64,000 bases of DNA, taken from positions 33,320 to 97,319 of the forward strand of contig NMRA01000733.1 of NCBI GenBank assembly GCA_002633005.1, given 5' to 3'. Below, one piece after another: positions 1 to 13,232 of this stretch (position 1 is its first letter; each line of letters starts with the position of its first letter). The position numbers were made by a program, and so were the translations under genes. Source of the stretch: Phoronis australis (lineage: Eukaryota > Animalia > Phoronida). The notes below the pieces were generated by a model, which did not search any database, was not told the origin of the DNA, and saw only the letters and a program-made list of their open reading frames with translations.

Positions 1-1901
1 GCTCCAGGTTTCGCACTAATTTCAATTCATTAACCCCTTCCCTCCTCGAAAAGTGTTATTTTGCGCATATGGGCTCATTGTCTAGTAGCCTGAAATAAGC
101 TCCTAGAAATCCTTGGTAGTAGAAGGTTTGTCAGCTGTTTCAAGTCTAACTTCGTCTCCTGAAGCATTCAGCTGGGTCGTAATCTTCACAACCTTGAGCA
201 TTTTAGCATTTTTAATGTGCATGTTAAGTCCCCCGTTAAGCAAAAGTTTGTATTTGGTCATAACTTCCATACCAAGCTTTGCAGGTATACTAGTTTGATG
301 TTTTCACCCATGTTTCTATGGTCAGTGAATATAAAGGGGGTGAGTAAATCCATAATTTGCATAAATTATGCAAACTGAGGCAGCTTTTATTGAAAATTGT
401 GCACTACAGGTAAATTATGTTGATGTTTGCAGCCATGTTTATGTGGACAGTGAATTTAATGGAGGTACTTTGACAGGGGATACATCTGAAATTTGCATAA
501 AATATCCAAATTCGCCAAATTATCTACCTTTGTACTTGGTAAGGAAGTTATAGGCAAAAACCGAATTTTGCATGACGGCGGCCTTAAATTGCATATTTAA
601 AAAATGGTCAAATTTGTTAAGATTACAATCCAGCTAAAATACTTCAATGGGACCACCTCAACATGAAACAATCAAAAAACTTATACTACTGTACCAAAAA
701 TTTCTAGGTAACCCATGGGCGTCCTAAGTGGACTCTATCTTTGACTACTGGGCTATCATGCATGCGCATCAAGAGATGGAGTAGAAATTGGGGAGAGTTG
801 TTACCAGGCTTGGAGAACACCACTTTAGAAGGACACTAAACCGACGGGACATAGCGCTGGAGAAACATGGAGACGCGTGGGTATAATGAGATTAGCTGAC
901 TACCGCCTGAGAAGTCGTTGGAAGTGAGAATAAAAAGAGTGAAGATTTATGGTCGAACTCTTTTTTCATTTGGTGGAGGCACTGCGATCCGATTTCGGTC
1001 GGTGCACGTTTTTACACGAGGGCTTTTTTGTTGTGATAAAATGCAATGAATTTTGATATCGAAACATCAAAACAAGACAGCATGGTCCAGGCCTTCCCCT
1101 AAAAGGTTACAGGAGTGGATTTATAAGCCTCATCTGGTCTAAGTTCCACACGGCCTGCATGATATCACAACCTTTGTCGTCACAAAAGTCGATTTCGCCC
1201 AGTGTCAACCGTAATATTTTAAGTTAATACAGAAAAATACCTACATATACTACTTGCCTGTAAACCTCGCAAGAAATGCTTCAAATGACAAACTGCACGT
1301 TTTAATGCCTAACTCTTGATTTTATACCAGTTAGAGCGTATCCGTGAATTAGCAATACAATATATTGGCGTAGAGTCTCGAATAATATTACAATCGGTTC
1401 GTTGCATTCATTATTTGATATGTACCTTTGTAATAAACACGATAAAGGAGTGGCCGAATTATTTTGTCGTTGTAGCAGCTGACATGTAAACAGTACAGTA
1501 GATCGTGGGAAGCATTGGGTTAAGTACTTTCAGCAGGGATTGTCGGAAGTTAAAACAATGTACTACCCCGGTCGGTGGTCCTCTTAGACTGACGTAATGG
1601 TTAGGGTTCGGGATACGGTTGCAAGTTCTCGACAAACGTCAGTAACCATCAACTGAGAAAAAAGCAAGTAACAAAACAAATCTATCGTACGTCCTACGAG
1701 CTTTCTAAAAATCCACTTTTTGCACAATGCTTCATCATTAACACTATTCAAATGTATCCACACTACATATACCTCCAGTATCTCTTACTCTCAGAAAACC
1801 TCGTCAAGTAAGTGAAATACAATGCCAGGTTTAGTATTCTGTCTTGAAATGTGTCGGATTGTTAAAATCGATTCGTACGCATTCCGGAGCATAGATTTCT
1901 G

Positions 1902-2340
1902 GGGCCGGTTGCATGAAACAATGCAAATAGGGACTCAACTAAGTTCCCTAAATATTTTTCGTATTTGTTTCGTTCTCTAGGCACAGATGTAACATTTTCA
2001 TATAATTTTATCTTTATTACGAGCTCTTTGTTTGGCCAATGGCATTTTCTAATAATATAACTAAAAACTGAGCCTTTAGTTCAATCAAAATAATTAGGGA
2101 CTTAGTGCTTAAGTTGGGGGCGTTGTATGAAAAGATCCCTACTTATTTTCAATAATACATGTATTAATAATTCAATGTAGAGTTCACTCTCGATTTGTAT
2201 CAAAGCCAAAAACTGACATAGTAATGATACTCGAACACCATAAGATAGGACAATCAGAGTTTTCACAAGCCCGCATATACGCAGAAGATTTAGGCAACTT
2301 AGCTGTGTCCCTATTTGGGACTGTTTCATGAGACCGGGCA
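1902..2340. mobile_element. Harbinger/PIF-like MITE with ~50-bp imperfect terminal inverted repeats
   Basis: Left end gggccggttgcatgaaacaatgcaaatagggactcaactaagttccctaaat matches the reverse complement of the right end (tgcccggtctcatgaaacagtcccaaatagggacacagctaagttgcctaaat). Flanks are CTG (1899-1901) and CAG (2341-2343), a CWG-type target. Confidence 0.6.
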
Positions 2341-4209
2341 CAGGGATATGGTCAATCGAAATCACAATTCAGAAAGTGCTACGCGAGCGATCGTCTGCTT
2401 GAAGCCCGGCCGGCAGTTAATTTTGGATAGATATGCCATGTCACTCGAATATTTGATTAACTGGGCTCATGGATTCTTGAAATATTACTGAAATCAGTTC
2501 TTCTGATTTTATATATAAGGCTAGACATCGTACTATAGGCTGGATCTTCTGGCGCTGGTTAGGATGGCCGCAATATACATTTACATGTATCTCAGAATCC
2601 TTTGTGTACGTGACGTCTCTCGCTATCCATAAAATGGCCATAGCAAATGCCTCACTGTCATGTTCCATTTCGCTTTTAAATTACGTAGTTTTAAGGTCAA
2701 AGTCCTTGGTGGGGACCCATTCTACAGGAGGGATGTTGGCCAAAACCCCGAGCCAATAAGAGACACATACCCCCCGTGCCAGAAAAATAAAGGGTATGGA
2801 ACCATACCTGTATTGTGACTGAACCCTGAGACGTATGACTGCGCTAAACCCTTAGTCATAAGAAAATCTCGAATAACCCGAGAACGTTAGTTCGGAGGCA
2901 GAAACTTTCTCGGATTTTGGTAACGCATGACGAGTTCTAATTACATTGGAAATTTCAGATAAATTATAGTCAGCGGACGCGAGAAGCTTATTGTCTGATA
3001 AGCTCACGTACATAATCCAACAATTATGTTGTACACCTCCCCTGACGCTAACCGATATTTAAAAATACTATGTGCAAACGACTTTCGACAAATGTCGTGA
3101 AGCAGATGTGTTTTGCAAGAAATACTGTCTACAAAAAATTTCGAATGGGGAAAAACGGTTGACTTTCCGAGAAATTAGACTTAAATTTCACCCTGTTGAT
3201 TCATTTGTTTGACTGCAAGCTCCGCCCAGCTTAACCACAGTATTGGGTACCAACACAAAAGGCTTGCTTGACAAGTTTAATAATGGAGCATGATTCTAGA
3301 TTAGATCGTGATATGATTGGAAATTTCTTGATTTTTACACTCCATGGAATGGTATGTAATGAGGCGCGTTGTTTACAACATAATTGCTGGATTACGTGAG
3401 CTTATCAGATCAAGGCAGACAATTAATACGAGGGCTGGACTATGTAAAAATTGGTTTGGCACTGTCAAACACATAACGACCCGGATGTACATGTATCCCG
3501 CCTGGCCGACCAGTCGGCGGGTTGGGCAACTCATACCACAGCGCGCGCGCGTATAACGACATTTCAGGAAGTAACAAACAACCAAGCAAGCGAACTCTTA
3601 TGCTATGATAGAGTAAGGTACTAATCGTCGAATTTTTATCCAAACAAGTAATAAACACGGAAAATTTAACCATTAGAGAATCCTCAAAATTGTACTTTGA
3701 ATCATTTAATACTTGTACCTGCTGATGCTGATGCTGTTGTTCACATTCACCTGACGCCGTCTTCCAGTTATCTTTCTTGTTCACTGGCTTCCATTCAACA
3801 TCTAACACTGCACCATTCAAGCATAAACTGTCAAGGTATGAAAACCTGTTTATTATAGGTGTAACGGGTTATTAAGTATACCTGCCCATCAGTGCACTCA
3901 TCAGGTTACACCCAACAAGCGAGAAAGACGGAAGTTATCCATACCACGTTTTCAGTGCTTGTTCAATTTCGACCTGCCCGTAATCACACTCGCAGTTACA
4001 CGACCGAGACTTCCCTCGTGTTTTACGAATCTTCCTCACGCTTAACGCTGTTGCTGTTTCATTTTGCTTGCGTCAGCCAAAGAGGGGGGCCCCCCAAATC
4101 CTACTATGATACTAAGTCAATTTTTGGTGTTGATACAAATCGAGAGTGAACCCTACGTCGAATTCTGCATATTATTGAAAATAAGTAGGGATCTTTTCAT
4201 GCAACGCCC
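2118..4209. repeat. ~110-bp inverted repeat pair (2118-2230 vs ~4105-4209) with Harbinger-like termini
   Basis: gggcgttgtatgaaaagatccctacttattttcaataat...ttcactctcgatttgtatcaa at 2118 recurs as its reverse complement ending at 4209. Confidence 0.6.
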
Positions 4210-4852
4210 TTAATTGGTGTTCTTCTCAAATTACCTAGCCAAATGTTGCACATGAAAAGTGTGAAACCTGTGAGAATGCAATATGTAGGTCTTCCGTTGG
4301 AAAAGTACTCAGGCGTCTAGAAAAATTTGTTAGACGACAAGACAGTCAAAAAAGAAAATAAAATAAAATGAAGTCGTGTCAAAGAAAATATGTTACCTGA
4401 GAAAGGAATCATTCCAAAACCTTGTCGCCAGAGAGCCCTGACTTGAAGCTCTGCTCAGTGATCCAAAGTTACTTTCTAGATTGGCCTCAGTAGAGATGTG
4501 AAAACTGGGACAGTTTGATATAGGTGTTGTGACTGAGGAAGAGAGAGTCCACGGTATAACATCAACAAGGATATGACATTAAAGATACATTTAAAACTGA
4601 ACATTTGCTCTCGAGTTGGTTAAAACAACACAATGTATGGGTCCCCAAATACTCTGACCAATCTGCTAATCCACAACTGCATGAACAGCTGAGCGGGATT
4701 AAAGTACTTTAGCATGCTGCCGAAATTAAGCTTTGTTGCTACCGACAGAAGAAGCCTAAATTTGTCCAGCCATCGAACTTGGGCCAGTAGACTGAGTTGG
4801 TGTGGCCGCATGGTGAAGGTAGTGAGCATGGTATTTTTTTTGTTTGACAATG

Positions 4853-5316
4853 AGATTTAGGCGTCCGCGACGCAAACGAGATCCAGTCGCTCAATAACTT
4901 TTTTCACTCGCGAAATTTAGCGAGCTGATCAGGTAGGCCCTATGGCACGTGTCGGATTTAAAAAGAGGTCACAAACTCGTTCTACCCGGCGTCCGACGTC
5001 CGCAGCTCAGTTTATTCTTTGAAAGGAAAACCTGTTAGTGTCAAGTCTCACATGCATATATCACTCTACAAATGGTGCACTTAAAAATTGCTAAATTTAG
5101 TAATGAAGACGGAGAGAATCATCGGATCATGAAAATAGTAATTTTGAACCTTGAGTTCATATTGCATGTCTTTGAGACAGCTCAGCAACTCAGTTTAGTT
5201 TGCCCCGAGTAGTCAAATCCCGTCGGACCGGCTCACATCACGTCGCACGTGTAAAAAGTTGAGCGACTGGGTCGCGTTTGCGTCCGCCACACCATTTTTC
5301 AGTGTTGCCTCTAAAT
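4853..5316. mobile_element. Putative MITE (inverted-repeat element)
   Basis: gacgcaaacgagatccagtcgctcaa (4869) and ttgagcgactgggtcgcgtttgcgtc (5259-5284) form an inverted pair. Outer boundaries are approximate. Confidence 0.45.
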
Positions 5317-6330
5317 TAAGTGATCCGGCCAGGGTAGGCCTATTTATACTGTCTGACCAATGTATTGCTTCAAAAGTCTTTGCAACTGTGTAGGTGATCG
5401 GCTGATTTTTCGACATTCTTGATTCTGGAAGTTTGTTTATCAATGTTTTTATCATTGCCATTCGATAACCTATTTCTGTTTAAAAGATCTCATCCTTCAC
5501 GTGACTTTTAATGACATTTGTAAGAGATTTTGTAAAGTGTTGACACTCGACACAGTAGCTTTGGTGGCAGTTTTTTTTGGAACTCAGTAAGAGGCGACGC
5601 TTCAAAAATCAGTGCAAAGTTCACAACTTCACACTTCTGAATCTGTGAAGGCATCATTTCGCCAAAACGACGATGTAATCAGGCCTTTTACTCGCACAAA
5701 ACCAGTCTTATAATACTCCTTACCGACAGAATTCCATTCACGTTGAGGCAATGTGTACATGTGCTATTTTTGAATTTGTTATTTTAGGGCATTGCCGTGA
5801 CACCCAGTGGAGGCAATTAAAATGTCAATGTTCAGGTTCCGCGGCGGATAGTGGTTCCCCTTCCGTTCGTGGGTTTGATGCCATCGCTGTATAACTTGCC
5901 CTTGGAAGTTTTTACTGAACTTCGCCAATTAAATGAATTGCCAAACAAGTAGGCCTAAACAAGGCCTTTCAGTTTGTTTCAAATCCAATGCATTAAAAAG
6001 GTACTTTAATTAATTAGCTAAGATTTCTTTTAATTTCCATAAGCTGTTGCATTGCTGGCAATTGAGCATGTAACTGAAGAAAAGGTGAAGCCAAGGAAGC
6101 TGTTGCCGCTTTGTTCACTGAGTTTCAACGCATACTTGTCCCTCGAACCCCCAAGTCCAGGCTGGCCCAAATCACCACCTCGGGATCGCAGCTCAGTGTT
6201 CGCGGCGAATAACCAGTGGCTACTAAACATAGGTACTTGATTACCTTGGTGCCTCCCGTGCTGGCTTTAGTTGCAGCACTACCTTACGTCGCTTACTTGA
6301 AAACTGGCGTAAAGCCCAAGATGAACAAAA

Positions 6331-7724
6331 ATACACTGCAGCAGTACTCATGGATCTTTCTAAAGCTTTCGACTGCCTCCCTCACTCACTTTTGATCTCC
6401 AAACTTAAAGCTTACAAATTTGATAATAATGCCGTAGCCCTTCTTGGGAATTATCTCTCCAACAGGAAACAACAAGTGAAACTAGGCCAACACTCAAGTG
6501 AACGGGGCCATGTATACAAGGGAATACCTCAATGATCCATCCTGGGACCCCTTCTCTTTAATATTTTCATCAATGACATCTTCTTTGTGAAAAAAATCTA
6601 CACTGGTCAACTACGCAGATGACAACACTCTCTCCTTCTCCGACAACAACCCACCCTTCGTTACTGAAACCCTATGACAAGATTGTGAATCACTCATCGC
6701 AACTGGTTCGCTGTAAATGGCATGCAAGCAAATCCTGACAAATTCCAAGCAATCTGCAAAGGGAAAAAGGAAATGTACACATTCTGTAAAACCCTCTCCA
6801 TTGGAAATTGCAAAATACCTTGTGAGCCGAAAGTTAAACTTCTAGGAATAGCCATTAATACCAACCTAATTTTGACTCCCATATTTCGAACATTTGCAGA
6901 AGAGACTTACAACAAATAAAGGTTCTAAGAAGAATTGGACACCATCAATACGAAAAAGGGTAGACTTGCCATTTTTCACTCCTTAGTCCTTTCAAATTTC
7001 AACGACTACCCCCTCTCAAGGCATTTGTGCTCGAAAGAAAATACAATCAAACTAGAAAAACTTCAGCTCAGAGCCCTACGGTTTTTTACAATGACGTCAT
7101 TAGCACGCACGACCAAGCTAGTTAACAAACCACCCCTTCATCTACACAGACTTCGACTTATTGCAATAGAATTTAAAATCCTTCATGGTGAATCACTCAA
7201 GGCACTTTCTTCACTTAATTGTAAAGAAGCAAGAAAACAGTTACTCCTTTCGCTACGAGCAACCTTCTATCTTTTCCTCAAGTTAAATCTGTTAAGTGGA
7301 AAACAATCTTTTCGCTTCCAGGCTGCTCGGGTCTGGAACAGTCTACCGAATCTGTTGCGCACAACAGAGTCTTTCACCATTTTCCGTGGACTGATTCGGA
7401 CCTGGACTGGCTCTAAATGCAGCTGTTATCTTTGTAAACACTCCAGGTTATGCAGTAATTAGTGTATACACTCGTTTCTTTTATGATTTATCTAGATTAT
7501 AGCATTTACACGTGTACCCATTATTGTTTATGCTCATTTGACCCTAACTACTATATAGTTTAGCGATAACGACAACTTTACTTTTATTTACAATTATATC
7601 TCTGTGTTATTCTCCGCCTCTAGCTTAAGTTCCATGCTTTCTGAATGTCGTAAAAATAGCCCAACTGGCTAATGTTAATCTGTTCTCCGAACGACGTTAA
7701 ATAAAGCTTCTATAGTTGAATCTT
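6331..7724 (+). mobile_element. 5'-truncated, decayed non-LTR retrotransposon (CR1/L2-group LINE): reverse transcriptase C-terminal half plus 3' UTR
   Basis: Translates to MDLSKAFDCLPHSLLISKLKAY...KGIPQ*SILGPLLFNIFIND...NYADDNTL...QANPDKFQAI...SFRFQAARVWNSLP with stops and frameshifts. The 3' end has a TAGCC-loop-GGCTA hairpin (7657-7671), AATAAA (~7700) and a (TTGAATC)n tail that resumes at 7946-7972. Confidence 0.9.
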
Positions 7725-7945
7725 CAATCAATCAATCAATCTATTTATTTATAGTCAGTTTGACAAAACAGACAAACACTAGCCGAAGGCTAATATCACC
7801 GACTGTGAATAATAACATAAAAAGCATAAATAATAAAATAATGAACAATAAAATAATGATAAAACAAAGCATATAACAAGATGAGAAAAACACAAGATAT
7901 CATGAAAGTATGGCATGCACACACATACACAAACACACCAGATTT
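7725..7945 (-). mobile_element. Short inverted 3' fragment of a second LINE/SINE inserted in the first LINE's tail
   Basis: Minus strand ends tagccttcggctagtgtt...aaataaatagattgattgattgattg (hairpin, AATAAA, (GATT)n tail). AATCTT flanks both sides. Confidence 0.6.
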
Positions 7946-9820
7946 AATCTTGAATCTTGAATCTTGAATCTTACGATATCTATGGTTATAACTCATATAA
8001 CGAGCTCGGGAGTGTCACGTGACTCAATTTGTTTAAGTAAGTAAGTATTAATTTTTTGTTATAGTGACACGTGTTTAAATGAATTTAAACAATGAATACG
8101 TTACAAAGACTAGGAACACCCAGCCCTCCACGGGGCTTATAAGTCACTTAAGATACATGATACAAAAAAGAAAAGACAAGTGTACACGCATTGCAAGAGG
8201 ACCAGAAAGAGAAGGCCGAGATAAAAGTGATCATAAATAAATATAATATTTTCTTATTTCAAAAATATTTTTGATGAAAACTGAAGATTTTCTAATAACA
8301 TCTTTTTGCATGATTGTAATTAAATTACTTTCAAAGCTTTCTTACTGCCCGCTGCGTGATCCTCTTGGCCTTGGGAACTCGGCCGAAGGTACACTGCAGT
8401 CATTGGTCTTTGACTCGGTTAAAACTTGAATGCTCCTTTGTTGGTAATGTTCTGTGCTGTTTTATAGTTGTGGTCGAAGTTTTTACCATGAGAACAAGAA
8501 TTCGTTATCAATGTTTAATAGTTATTATTGGTTTTCCAAGAAGATAATTTATGGATATTAACATTAGGTGTGTATTTTTATGTTGCTTTCCGTATATTAG
8601 TGGGTGGCTGCTGTTCAATTCTGCTCGGTAGAGACACGCGTAATCAAATGATTTGTCCAGGCTTCAGTTTGTTAAAGGCGCACTGAGAAAGTGACGGTGT
8701 TGGTAGGGCGAAGTAAAGGTGAGATGTGATTTGCATGGCAGGTACTGGTCGAATGGAGTGCTATCTGACTTGAAGAACGAGTTTCACCCACTAGTTGATC
8801 AGTATGCTTGTTGTGTTGCGGTTGTTTAATTTAAAATTTCAGTCAAAATCAACCGGGGTTTGTTGGGGTCCCATCCGAGTTCGGATAAGTCGGACTAGGA
8901 ATCTACAAGGACTAGTGACTCTAGTCGCAAAACCCGGTAAACTAACCCAGAATCCAACATTTTTGAGTATTGGCTACCGCCACCCATGCCCATAGCTATG
9001 CAGTGCACCGCCTGGCCTCATAGAATTAGAGGGTGATGCTCCTACTAGTCATAGTACTCTGGGGCCTCTGGGCGCTTCACACTAGGAGTAGGACGGTAGC
9101 TTTTGCCTGGGCGAATTATTCCTCACACTGATTGAACTATCAAAGTCACGTTTCTGTAAACACCTTTTGCGTATAGAGGAATGCCGGTTGGTCTTGGTGA
9201 TTTTTAAGTACACTGCAGGGATATTTTTGACCACGTTTGAACCTGTGCCTTTTGACTTGTGCGCACTTGGCAAGTGACTTAGAGAACAGGCGCGCCTCCT
9301 GGCTGTAGATCTCAGTACTAGCGTCCTGGAATTTGTCCTCAGCAACGTTCTACTTGTACCCTGAATCCACCACCACCAGGCCGGCACCCTCTCCATATGC
9401 AACTCAGAACAAATATTTACATCTCAGGGTTATTCGTGGAATTTTCCTTAGTTGGGTGCCAGTGTAGTGAAAAATCAGCTAGTCAAAGTTTCGAACTCGG
9501 TACCTCTTGCTTCAGTGCCAAGCACCCAAACCAGTTGACCAAAGAGCAGGTGTGACATCGAGTAATCGATGTGACATTCTGAAAGTTGGCTATAGTATCC
9601 ATGATGTGGAGACGGCATAGGATACAGACAAAACCCAATCTTATGTAGTTTTTGGTATTAGATATCATACAACATGGGCAAGCAGCAATTTATGGACAAT
9701 TCTTTTGATTGGTTTTATTATAATAGTATGTGTTCAATGAAATATTAGCCTACAATTGCCTACAGTATATACTACATTTCGAGTTCAGGGGCATTAGCCG
9801 ATATGCCAAATATTTGACCA

Positions 9821-9988
9821 TGTTGTGTTCGTAGAACCAGTGAAACAACACAGATGAGAGTAAATTATAATACGTCTATTCACTTGGAGAACTAATACAA
9901 GAAGGGGATGAGCACGTGGCTTGTGGGCATAAATACCACGTGACTATATTCTAAGGAAAACCACAAGTAGCATTGCCAATACACAACA
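9821..9988 (-). mobile_element. 3' LTR of a Gypsy-type LTR retrotransposon (168 bp)
   Basis: TGTTGTGT...ACACAACA inverted ends. Polypurine tract AGGGTAGAGGGA (minus, 9989-10000) is adjacent. TSD GACCA at 9816-9820. Confidence 0.9.
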
Positions 9989-10196
9989 TCCCTCTACCCT
10001 TAGCTGACTACTGCAAACGTAAATAAACATGGAGGAACACTTCAAACTAAACACAAACATGCATGTAACACACTGTCAGCAGTCTTGTTTGTAAAACGAT
10101 ACTAAGTGTCCAGTCATAACTAAAACGATGTATTACACTGCTGTTTGCTGTAAGGTGATCCTACTGATGACTGAAGCTAGTTATAATAAGTAGTAA

Positions 10197-10241
10197 TTAA
10201 AAGTTCAGCCTGTCTGGTTGGATTGATTTCCTTCCGGAACG
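10197..10241 (-). mobile_element. C-terminal end of Gypsy pol/integrase, cut off by a contig join
   Basis: Minus strand reads RSGRKSIQPDRLNF*, the RSxR-x4-PxRL tail typical of Gypsy integrases, ~200 bp upstream of the PPT. An 'n' lies at 10242. Confidence 0.7.
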
Positions 10242-11025
10242 NCGGCACCCTCTTCATATGCAACTCAGAACAAATATTTACTTCTCAAGGTTATTCGTGG
10301 AATTTTCCTTAGTTGGGTGCCAGTGTAGTGAAAAATCAGCTAGTCAAAGTTTCGAACTCGGTACGTCTTGCTTCAGTGCCAAGCACCCAAACCAGTTGAC
10401 CAAAGAGCAGGTGTGACATCGGGTAATCGATGTGACATTCTGAAAGTTGGCTATAGTATTCCATGATGTGGAGACGGCATAGGATACAGACAAAACCCAA
10501 TCTTATGTAGTTTTTGGTATTAGTTATCATACAACATGGGCAAGCAGCAATTTATTGGCAATTCCTTTAATTGGTTTCATTATTAGTACGTGTTCAATGA
10601 AGCAATAGCCTACAGTATATACTACGTATCGAGTTCAGGGGCATTAGCTGATATGCCAAATATTTGACCAAACAGAGGATTAAGTTTGATAGCATGTGAC
10701 ACAAGATCCATTCATCATTCTCGAGTGAATGGAAAATTACCAAGAATGCATAAAATCCACAAAAATTCCACAAATACATTCCTTAAAAAAACTGCACCTG
10801 TATAAATGCATCTCCTGAAGTTTTCACAAACCTATATATTCAAAACAACTGCGGAAAGACAGAAAGAGGCAGTGCCATGGTCTAACAGCCTATCTGTAAT
10901 ACTTAGCTGCAGTGAGAGCCTGCTTCTCTGTTCAAGGGAGACACTGGTTGTCATTTAAAAGCACTAGCAGCACTCTGCCATTTTTACCTTCAATCTAATC
11001 CATTTGTTTGTTTTTTTCAGCTACA

Positions 11026-12276
11026 ATGGGCAGTCTTGGCCTGCTTTTCTGTTTATTGGCTATCCTCTTCACAGTGTGTGATGCTGCCAGAGACCCTGGC
11101 TTGTATTGCTCAGGTAAATAATGTGATGCCTCAGCCACGGTTTTTTGTATACGTTACATTCTAATGACATGTTTATCTCCCATGCCTCATAAATGTGCTT
11201 TGCTGACGTGCTGGTCTGAATGCGCGTCACGTGCTATCCTGAGATTTTTGTGTTGGTGAAAATTACATGCCACACAGCTGCAAAATGTAGCGTACTAGTA
11301 CTACACTTGTGATGAGCAGTGGTTCAATTTGTGACGCCTTTAGTTAGAAGTCTTCCCCTGCAGTCTGTGAACTATCATTTAGAAATGTTATAAGAGACAA
11401 GTTGTGTATAGTAGCGTCATGTTGCAGTTTTTTGGCATGATTTCAACTCCTAGACAAAGTGTTTTAATAATTTAACCCTGATACAAATAATGTCCGCTGA
11501 TATCAGCAGAACTGGTGCATGTAGCCACCTAAGAGTTATTTATATTTCAATGCTTGAGATAAAAGGGTTACAGTAGTCAGACTGTACATAGTTTTGCATG
11601 TCCATATGTGGCTTTGTGTGTCCATACATGGCTCTGTGTGTCCATACATGGCTTTGTGTGTCCATACATGGCTCTGTGTGTCCCTACAGAAAACAATACT
11701 CTATGTGTGCTACTCCTCCTACATTTGTCTACAGATTTTGGTCAAATTTCCAGAATTTAAGCACAGTGCTGTTGCGAAGTGCCAAGGGACATAATTCCAA
11801 CATTGTGTGATTTGACAGTATTTTGCCCTGTTCTTGGCTTTCATGCATTGAGGTAGGGAAATGCTCTTGTAAGTGCAGCTCCTAAAATGTCAAAGGGATT
11901 TCAAACAAACTTACAAAACGTATGCTCACGAAGAACCACTCGGTATATCATCAGCGTTCTCCAGAAATTTGGGTCACACTTTATTTTCGTGCATTCATAG
12001 ACTAGGGAAACTCTTTTCTATATGTACTTCCCTAAGTGACCTTGTGTGGGAGACACTGTTGTCCATGACTTGTCTGGCTTGTTATTTTGCAATGCAGATG
12101 TACTTTCGTCCGTCGCTCTCAGTTGCAAATTATGCTAATTTTCTTTCTCGTCAATTTTAGCTTGTCGCATCGTCATTGATGAAGTTCAACACAAGATTGG
12201 TCAGGTAGACCCTAAGAAAAAAATTCAAGTGGGAAGTTTCAGGGTCGACCCCAGTGGAAATCAAGCCAGATATGAG
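11026..12276 (+). CDS. CNPY2: Protein canopy homolog 2, coding exons 1-2 (duplicate/allelic copy)
   Basis: Exons 11026-11113 (MGSLGLLFCLLAILFTVCDAARDPGLYCS, signal peptide) and 12161-12276 (ACRIVIDEVQHKIGQVDPKKKIQVGSFRVDPSGNQARYE), GT-AG and in phase. Confidence 0.8.
11598..11683. repeat. 20-bp minisatellite (tccatacatggctytgtgtg)
   Basis: About 4 tandem units here; fewer units in the other copy near 14169-14212. Confidence 0.85.
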
Positions 12277-12464
12277 GTAGGACACTGCTTGATGTCTAAT
12301 GAAAAACAAACTCCTGATTTTGTTCCGGTTATATTTCCAGTTGTTAACACCGTATCTAGTAAAAAGTCATCTAATTAATTTTGTGTTTTTAATGGTGCTT
12401 TGACAAAATGATAAATGCAGATTTGATGATCATTAGATTCAAGCTTTTAAGTCAATGAGCTTAA

Positions 12465-13050
12465 AGGAGAATGTCTTAATCGGTCTATATCCACATCGCC
12501 TCTTATACGCTGGACCTCACCTTGCCACAAGGTGTCGCGTTAACCTGTGAGGAAGGTAAGAAACGACGCAGCGACATCAGTGGTTCGTCTGCAGAGTGAA
12601 TGCCGCTATATTGGGGTGCAGTTCCCGCTTGTCCGAACTATGAAGCTGTGAAAAAAGCGGGTTTATCGTTTTTTCGACTTCCTCGAGAGCCCGAAATGCT
12701 TACGAAGTGGCTCACGGTAGTGAAGAATGAAAGGTACGCTGTTAATAGCAAGTATGAGGCCGTGAAACGTCTCCGTGTCTCTGGCTGGCATTTGGTCGAC
12801 AGTGATTTCTCTGACGAATTCCGTCTTACCAAAGAACTATCCATACATTGCGTTGCCTGTGCATGTTCACGGCGCGTCTCTAGTATTTCTTGATCAGTGT
12901 TTTCCGGTTCGAACTGATAGCCTGTGGAACCTAACGATCCGACCCGTGAAGTCTTCGTCAGATAAGCTCTTGACTAAGTCAGGATTGGCGCCGGGCGAGT
13001 TGCCATGTAGACGTTTACATGCGCGCACCCAGGGGGAGCTTGTGGGGCTC
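12465..13050 (+). mobile_element. Kolobok-like element, left part, with decayed THAP ORF (12600-12893)
   Basis: Starts TTAA|AGGAGAA. The ORF MPLYWGAVPACPN...GLSFFRLPREPEMLTKWL...RVSGWHL is THAP-like. Homologous to 45639-47332. Confidence 0.7.
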
Positions 13051-13051
13051 N

Positions 13052-13232
13052 CTCGTCGCCAAAATGTTGTGTTCGTAGAACCAGTAAAACAACACAGATG
13101 AGAGTAAATTATAATACGTCTATTCACTTGGAGAACTAATACAAGAAGGGGATGAGCACGTGGCTTGTGGGCATAAATACCACGTGACTATATTCTAAGG
13201 AAAACCACAAGTAGCATTGCCAATACACAACA
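13052..13232 (-). mobile_element. 5' LTR (13065-13232) and primer-binding site of the Gypsy element
   Basis: LTR differs from 9821-9988 at one position by my manual alignment. TSD GACCA at 13233-13237. Minus-strand TGGCGACGAG (13052-13061) lies 3 nt from the LTR and is complementary to the metazoan tRNA-Ser(GCT) 3' end. Confidence 0.9.

Larger units (their letters stand above)
10243..13050. repeat. Near-duplicate of 9382-9820 plus 13238-15581; probable alternative haplotype lacking the LTR insertion
   Basis: Bounded by single n at 10242 and 13051. Colinear with both flanks of the LTR element and carries a single GACCA (empty site, 10666-10670). Confidence 0.85.

Noticed and set aside
745-950. 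Possible RTE-type LINE 3' remnant
   Set aside because: Only faint motif resemblance with many stops.
6090-6330. Possible SINE body or tail before the LINE (ggcgtaaagcccaagatgaacaaaa)
   Set aside because: Single copy in the window with no clear A/B boxes; cannot be supported without a genome search.
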